DNA from: Leucoraja ocellata
Lineage: Eukaryota
NCBI GenBank assembly: GCA_036785375.1
Contig: JAWMAR010000731.1
Location: 496,001-560,000 of the forward strand
Length of the DNA: 64,000 nt
Direction of reading: 5' to 3'
Position numbers and translations under genes: made by a program. The notes under the pieces were generated by a model. That model searched no databases. It was given only the letters and a program-made list of their open reading frames with translations, and had not been told where the DNA came from. Positions within the stretch are counted from its first letter, which is position 1. Each line of letters begins with the position of its first letter. Below are positions 40,301 through 49,300 of the stretch, in pieces.

Positions 40301-43300
40301 GGCAGCAACCTGGAAGGACCCGAGGCAAAGAGGTCTTCAATGTGACCATGCGCTTACCTTGATCTCACTCATAAATTTTAAGATGTCTGGGAAACCCTTG
40401 CACACTATATTAAAGTAGAAATCCCCTCTTAATAGTACTCATAATGCCATTAACAAATCAACTTCATGCTCGGATGCAAACCGATGTGCCAGGATTAAAT
40501 GGGAAGTCAGTTATTAACGGGCGATTTTGCATCACTCTGGTAATTCAGTCTCTTTCTGGACACTTGTTTTTGCACCCATGATGAAATTTCCATGTTAGTT
40601 GCATGAGGGTTGAATCATTTCCCCTTGAAATGAGACACATTTGTCCCAAGATTAGTCTTCATTGGGTACTCCTGGGACAATTAGTCAATAATAAACTTGA
40701 ATTTGAACTCCTTCATGCCAAGTTTTATACTCTGATATTTCAGACACGCCACTCTAAAGATGCATTGCCTTCCTACCCTCAACCCTTACCACAACCGCTT
40801 CCAGCCACCCCTTCAGGTTATATGCCCAAGCACCTCCCATAACCTTATTTCTTGATGCTAAGATGCATGATGGAAGTCTCATTCTCTACATACCCCCCAA
40901 CTTGATCCATCTGACAGACCTTCCTTCAATCCCAATCCCTCTCTTGATGAAGATAGATACAAAATGCTGGAGTAACTCAGCGGGACAGGCAGCATCTCTG
41001 GAGAGAAGGAATGGGTGACATTTCGGGTCAAGCACCCTTCTTCAGACCCGAAACTTCACCCATTTCTTCTTCCAACTCAAATATTTAGGTTGACCAGGGT
41101 CCTGATTTTTCTGGCTACATTTCCTCGCAAACCATCACTACCACCTACTTTATTTACTCCCTTAGCTGATTCTGGGCTGAAGTCCTCCACCAACAGCATC
41201 AGCCCCATCTCAGGCGCCAACCAAGTACGAATTTCATTGTTCTGGTTTGGGATATATGACAATCAAACACTCTTGATCCTGTATTTTGGGTTTGGCCAGA
41301 AGTGGCACATTTTCCACAATAAAGTGTCCACTGCACTTTCAATATCATATTTTTTATGCCCTAGGATGTCTAGGCAAAATTACTTTTATATTTTTACCCT
41401 CTAACGTTAGATATCTTCTTCAGTGTAATTAAGTAGTACATAAATCTCCCTCTCTCGCTCTCTCTCTCCATCTTTTCCCCACTCCCCTCTGCCACTGATG
41501 AACAGATAGATTTCACTTCGCACCAGTGGTCCCCACTCCCTCGACCTATTAATTAGATTATGGACAAAAATATCCTGGCATCCAACGGAACGCCATCTGG
41601 GAGCTTGTCATAAATTCAGAGCCAAATATCTCATGACGGATTCAAGTCTTTTCATCTGTCAATGTGTGTTCCAAGGTTCTGTTCCTCTAGTTCCTGCCAG
41701 GATTTAACACGTAGCTCTCATTCAGTTCTGCCAAATTCAAATTAAAAATGCCTTTCCCAAATTTCCATGAATAGATAATGGGATGCCAATTTTAAAATAT
41801 CACTGTGTGCTCACTCCATATTTAAAAAAAAAACCCCACAGCTATAATCAATGGTAGACAAAAATGTTGGAGAAACTCAGCGGGTGAGTTTCTCCAGCAT
41901 TTTTGTCAACCTTCGATTTTTCCAGCATCTGCAGTTCTTTCTTAAACAACAGCTATAATTAATAATCAATTTTTAAAGAAATGCACCCAGTTAATCTATT
42001 TTTTTAATGATAGTAATAGCATAAGTAATTCCTACAAATTGTTTATGTTTTACAGTATACATTTATTAGTATATAGGATGCATCAAATAATAGGTATTTT
42101 ATATTAGAATGTTCAATCCTGTGTCTTTAAAATGTAATCACAATTAAAACAGCCAAATTCAGCACGCAGAAGTTTTTATATCCTGATTGAGTTAAACAAC
42201 AAACACAATTAAAGTTCATTTACTGGTGCTGTTGCATTAAATTCACATGCATTTGTGAAAAGATAACTCTATATTGACATCTTCAGCAAACATTACCACA
42301 TTGAATCTTACACTGATAAAAAAAAATGTCATCCTTGTGGTGTGGCAGGTATCTGGCCATTTCCACACTGTTTTCAAACATCTATTGGTATTTTCATAAG
42401 TTAAGTTATAGGAGCAGAATTGGGCCATTCGGACCAACAAGTCTACTTTGCCATTAATCATGTCTGATCTAGCCCTCCCGCAACCCCATTTTCCTGCCTT
42501 CTCCCCATTATCACTCACACCCATACTAATCAAGTGTCTATCAATTTCCACCTTAAAAATGTCCTTTGACTTTGCCTCCTCAACCTTCTGTAGCAATGAA
42601 TTCTGCAGGTTCACTATCCCCTGATTAAAAGAAATCCTCCTCATCTCCTTTCTAAAGGAACATCCTTTTATTCTAAGGCCTCTGGTTTCCACTAGCGGAA
42701 ACATCCTCTCCACATACACTCTATCCAGGCCTTTCACTATTCAGTAAAGTATCAATGAAGTCTCCCCTCATCCTTCTAAACCCTAGCGAGTACAGGCCCA
42801 GTGCCGTCAAACACTAATTCTATGTTAACCCAACCATCCCAATATCATACTTGTAATCCTCCTTTGGACCCTCTCCAACGCCAGCACATCCTTACTCTGA
42901 TATGGAGCCCAAAGCTGCTCACAATACTAAATGTGATCTGACCGCCTTATAATGTTCTTTCAAAAAAGGACCGTTTTTAAAGAGGTTATCCTTAAAGGAT
43001 GCACTGTGGCATTGAGCATTAGGTTGAATTTGACCTATTATGTAATTCTTAGTTTAGTTGTTAGTTTAGTTTATTGTCACATGTACCAGGGTACAGCAAA
43101 AAGCTTTTTGTTGAATGCTATCCAGTGAGTGAAACGACTATACATAATCACATTTGAGCCATCCACAGTGTGCTGATACAGTGCAGAATAACATTTATTG
43201 CAATATAAAGTCCCAACAGGTCCGATTAATGATAGTCCAAGGGTCTCCAATGAGATAGATAATGGCTCGGGCCCTCTCTAGTTGGTGATAGGTGGTTCAC

Positions 43301-46300
43301 TTGCCTGATAACAGCTTGGAAGAAATTGTCCGTAAATCTGGATGTATGCATTTTCACACTTCTGTACCTCTTCCTTTACTGAGGGGAAAAGAGGGAGTGT
43401 TTGGGATGAGATCATTAATTATGTTGTTGACCTTTCTGAGGCAGAGTGGTGTAGATGGACCCAATGGAAGGGAGGTTAGATTGTGTGATGGTCTGGGTTG
43501 TATCCACAATTCTCTGCAATTTCTTGCGGTCTTGATTGGAGCTGTTCCCAAACTATGCTGTGATGCATTCCGATAAAATGTTTTCTACAGTGTATCTGTT
43601 GTTTGGGGACATGTAGCCAAACTTTCTAAGCCTTCTAGAGAAGTAGAGGCGTTGGTATACTTTATTGGCCATTGCTTTGCAATGGTTAGTCCAGGATAAA
43701 TTGCTGGTGATATTTACTATGAACTTGAAGCTTTCAACCATCTCCTCTTTGGTGGCGTCAATGTATACCAGGGTATGTGTATTGCTTCGCTTCTTGAGGA
43801 AGATCACCATCTCCTTTGTCTTGCAGACATTGAGAGAAAGGTTGTTGTCTTGACACAAGGTCATGAGGCTCTTGATCTCCTTCCAGTTACCCGTCTCGTC
43901 ATTATTTGATATCTGGCCCTTTGCAGTGGTGTCGTCCGCAAATCTGTAAATTGATTTGTATTTGGTTGCACAGTTGTGGGTGTATAAGGAGTAAAGAAAG
44001 GGCTGAGAACACATTCATGCAGAGCACCGGTGTTCAGGATTATCATAGAGGATGATTTGTCTCCTATCCTCATTGATTGTGACCTGTTGGTCAGGAAGGG
44101 CCTTGAACCAATGTGAACTATCCTAGACCAGAATCATTCCATGCTGCCTGTTGTAACAAGCTCTGAAATATAATTTAATGTTGTATTGTGACCTCCAAGG
44201 ATGTTATGTTGGGACAGATGGGAAGGTAAAAGCATTTGAAAATCTCAAACTGACACTCTTCAGTTTAATAGGTGCGGGTCAGGCAGCATCCCTCTCCTAA
44301 GGGGTAGATTTTCATTTGAATGTGACAACATTTTATCATGGGTTAATTATTTAAACTTTTGTAGGTTGTAATTCCGAATAAATATTACTGTTAGCTTAAC
44401 GCCTGGGATGAAAGGTTTAACACAACCTCTGGCATTTCAGGTGACTTTGGTCAGAATGAGAGCTGTTTGCAGGTGGCTGTAAAATGTTCAACCGTTCAAA
44501 GAATAAACTCTCAGAATGCCTTGATCCACCATTCATACACATTTGACAATTGTCAAGCAACATCTACATCACAGATATCAGGTAATGACCATATGCAACA
44601 AGAGGGAGCCTAATCAGCTCCTTAGCGCATTCAAAGGCAATGGCATTACCTAGTTCCCCAGCCATCCACATCCTGGGGTCACCTTTGACCAGATTCTCAG
44701 CTGGATTTACCAAATAAATACCATGGTTACCAATGTAGGTCAGTATAGTAATCTTCTTTGACGGAGTCATCGCAGGATATTCCCAAGCATTTAAAAGACA
44801 GCAGATTTTGGAATAATCCTCCACTTGGCTAGATATTGCCACTTGCACAACGCACTCAATGCCATTTGAAAAATTGCTCAATTGTCACCCAATCCACCAA
44901 CCTAAACCTTTATCCATTCACCGCTACATAATGCACTACAGTTATTGCCTCGGCTCCTCTGACAGTAAGTCCTAAACATCTGACTACCTCCAAAAAGTAC
45001 AAGAGTAGCAGGCGCATGGGAGCGCTGCCACCTACTGGCTCTCTTCCAAGTAACACATGATCCCGATTTGGAAATATTATCAACAGGACTTCTTTGTTAT
45101 GGAATCTGATACTTTGGATTCCCACAAACACTGCAAACAATATGGACTTTGCTATCAATTGCAACATTTACCGGCCACTATTAATTAAATTGTGGAAGCA
45201 GTTAAGAGTAAACCTCATTGGTGAGAGTCTGGATTAAGAGATGAACAGGTCTGGAGTTACTCCAGGTAAGGATGCCTGATTTCCTTCCCTTAAGACTGGT
45301 GAATGAGATGTGTTCATGTAAATAAGAATTGGCAATAAATTCTGCCCTTTAGCAATCTTGAAATGCCATAATATTAATTTTTAAATCAATAATATCACAA
45401 CTGATCGTTATGTTAAGTGATCTTTTATGTTAAATTATTAACTCTTGCCATTAAGAATGTTTGGAATTTTTCATTTGATCCTCTCTCAAAACCTTTTGGT
45501 GGTGAGAGCTATTCCAAATTTCCGTTATGCCGTCTATAAAGGAGTACTAGAGTAACTCAGTGGGACAGGCAGCATCTCTGGAGAGAAGGAAAGGGTGACT
45601 TTTCGGGTCGAGACTCTTCTTCAGTCTGAAGTCTGAAGAAGAGTATGAAGAAGGATTTCGACCTTAAACATCACAATTCCTTCTCTTCAGCCATGCTGCC
45701 TGTCCTGCTGAGTTACTCCTGCGTTTTGTGTCTATCTTCGGTGTATAACCAGCATCTGCAGTTCCTTACTACACATGAAGGTGCATTTCCTTATATTCCC
45801 ATGCTCACAATTCTGAATTGCTAGTTCTGGATTCCCACTCATGGAAACAATTCCACAATATCTACTATCAAATATTTCAGTCATTTCAATCAGCCTTTCA
45901 TGACTGTATGGCTCCAAGATTTAATCTCCTTGCATATCAGTTGTCGAGAAGAACATGGAAACCCCACTCTTTATATAACAAAGAAGAAAAATCATAGTTC
46001 CAGAGAAGCAAGCCACTTGCAAGATTGGGGTTGAGATATGCTTCATGACTTGGCATTTACCTATCTGCACCCTCTCCACTCTGACAAATGGCACCTTCTT
46101 AGCCACTGCAGTCAAGGTGGAAAATACATCAATCTGTGCAGCACCTCCCCTGTGCCAAGCTTCATCTTCTTTCCAATTAACAACTAACATCTGCTGGGAC
46201 TCATGAAAAATTGCAAAGATTTGCAAGGTGAAGTATTTCAGAATGAGGATGAATGCATTTTGTACAACTGCAATTGTCAGAAGGTTATAAACTTTAAAAT

Positions 46301-49300
46301 GGGTCTGAAACTTGATCATGACTCCAGCATCTTATTCACCTATCATGTACAATCGGGTGGCGCTGCAATGGCAGTCCTTTCGTCTTATAAAATTATTTTT
46401 AGTGTATTTAAAAGTTTGTGTTAATGTTCTCCAGTTTGTTTTATGTGGGGGTGGTCGGGAAAAACTTTTTTCCAATCTTTTACCTTGCCGGAGATGCGAT
46501 TGTTTTCCAGGTCGTATCTCTGGTCGCTCTGCGGCCTAACATCATGCAGCTGGAGAGCTTGCTCGGGACTAACTGGAAGTCTGCGGGGCGTGGACTTACA
46601 TCGGAGCCGATTCCTTGCCCGGGATCTACGCTCCAACCGCGGCCTGCGGACTTTAACATCAAGGGCTCGCAGTCTCGGGTGCTCCAAAACCACATAACGT
46701 TTGACTAACCCTGACCCGGGGTCTGATCACCTGTGCAGGGGAGCTGACAACCCCCCGTTGGAGGAGCTTGATCGCCCCGTCGAGGAGGCCCACCGCCGGC
46801 TACGGGAGTCAAGATCGTCTTGCCAACGGAAGGCTCAAGGCCCTTGATCGCGGATGAACAAAGTGAAGAGATTTAACTTTTTTTCGCCTTCCATCACAGT
46901 GAGGAATGTAGAGAAGTCACTGTGGTGGATGCTTATGTTAAAATGTATTTTGTATGTTCTGTTGCTTTTTATTAGTAATACTGTATGGCAAATCAAATTC
47001 CTCGTATGTTGCAAAACATACTTGGCTAATAAAGTATGATTATGATTAATTACACACAGCAGCAATATACCCTCAGCAGTCAGTGCAGAATTTTCACCAA
47101 CTTATTATTAAATAGTACTTTCACCTCACGTCAAATCTAGGTTTTCACTAAGGCAAATTGGTGGTAATAACTTTCTTCAAAACTCCAATGAGTACAGGCC
47201 CAGTGCCGACAAAAGCTCATCATAGGTTAACCTACTCATTCTTGGGATCATTCTTGTAAACCTCCTCTGGACCCTCTCCAGAGCTAGAACATTCTTCCTC
47301 AGATATGGTGCCCAAGGCCACACAGCAGAAGGGGCTGTCGGACCGTGGCCATACCCGGCAGCAGGTCTAGCTCACCTGCCATGGAACCGGGGAACCCACC
47401 TGGAGAGGGAAACCAATGAGCCGGGCCCCTGCTCTTCACTGAGGGCCAAAGAACCAGGGAGAAAGGTGGAGGAAGTCATGCAGGTTTTGTTCTTTCGACG
47501 GCAAATGCAAGAACAGAAGGCCGGTAGGAAGAACGAGGGGTCTAATCGGAGTCTGAAGAAGGGTCAAGAACCGAAACGTCACCTTTTCAATTTTTCCAGA
47601 GATGCTGCCTGACCTGCTGAGTTCCTCCAGCATTTTGTGTCTATTTTCAGTATAAACCAGCATCAGCAATTCCTTCCTACACAGGGCTCTTATCTTCTGG
47701 CCGTCTACAGGAGGCACTCCCAGAGCACAAAGACTGAACGGTAGCTGGGTGAGGAGATGGACGATGGTTTGCTGGACACTCCTGATGCAGGCGGCAGATG
47801 CAACAAGCCTTTATGGCCATCTACAGCTTGGACTGTGACTCGTTCATTTGGTCTCAGTGGGTTATTTCTATACACCTTGGAATTAACCTGGAATAGTATT
47901 TATTTATGACAATAATTTATTGAACTGTGTGCAAAAAAGGATTTCCTCTGTACCTTGGTATGTATGATAATTAAGAACCTTTGAATGTATTTTACGACAG
48001 TGCTCATAAGAGTTGGTAGTTACAGTACTCAGAATGAAAATGGTTGGCAAAAGAGAAGACAACTGAGAATGCTATACCCATCAAGGAGATACGCATAGGA
48101 GAAATGGATCCATACACTAAACACTGCAACTGAAAGTGGTTGCATTTTTATGAGACATTTCGCCTTCTTAGGACATTTGAAGCCAGTTCTCAGATGCTAC
48201 CTCCGATTAATTCTGCAAGCATATGGCCATCTCAGTAAGGCCTGCACTGTCTTTGAAAATTATGAACACAGATTGGAAACTCGAAGGGACAGAAAGAAGG
48301 TAGAGGAAGGAGAAGGAGAGATGGAAAGCAGAGGAGTAGAACAAAGAAGATGAGGAGAGAAAATAGGAGAAAAGTGGCAGGGGTTGTGGCAGGGTCTCGA
48401 CCCGAAACGCCACCCATTCCTTCTCTCCAGAGATGCGGCCTGTCCCGCTGAGTTACTCCAGCATTTTGTGTCTATCATCAATAGTTAATTCAGTCCCTCA
48501 AGTTCATGATAGAACTGGCAGACCGATTCTTTCTCTTTGCTCGTGCCCCACTAAACTCATCTTCAAATAACTTGATTCTATCTTGTCCTCCCTTGTCGAG
48601 TCCATTTCGATCTACATCTGACATGCTTTACATGCTCTTCAACAACGTTCAATTCCTAGGCCCCCATCGCCTCATCTTTAACATGGATGTCCAGTCCCTT
48701 CACACCTTCACTCCCAACCAGAAAGGTACCAGGAGCTGTCCCATTCCTCCTTGAACATAGATCCTCTCAGTTCCCCTCTAACAACACTCTCCTCCTCCTG
48801 GTGGAACATCCTCACCCTCAACAACTGTTCTTTTAACTCCTCTTACTTTCTTCAAATCATAGATATAGCCAAGGGGACACGTGTGGGGCCCAGCTACACC
48901 TGCCTTTTTATTAGTTACATTGAATAGACCTTGTTTCAAATGTACGCTGGCACCATCCCCCAATTCTTTCTCCGCTACAACTGCATCAGGGCTGCCTCCT
49001 GGACCCATGCAGAACTCGTTGATTTCATCAACTTTACCACTAACTTTCACCCGGCCCTCAAATTCACTTGGACTATCTCTGACAACCTGTCACCCCTTGC
49101 TCGATCTCCGTCTCCATCACAGGCGACTCACTTTCAACTGACATCCATTATAAACCCACTCATTCCCACAGGTATCTGACTGCACCTCCTCTCATCCTGA
49201 CTCTTGCAAGGATGCCATCCTCTACTTTCAATTTCCCCATCTCCCACTAGCTGGCACCAACCGAGATAAGAAGGATTAGAGGCCCAAGTTAGCTTTTTTT

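Noticed and set aside
39758-40362. ORFs next to the assembly gap as possible transposase or gene
   Set aside because: No recognisable motif or splice structure.
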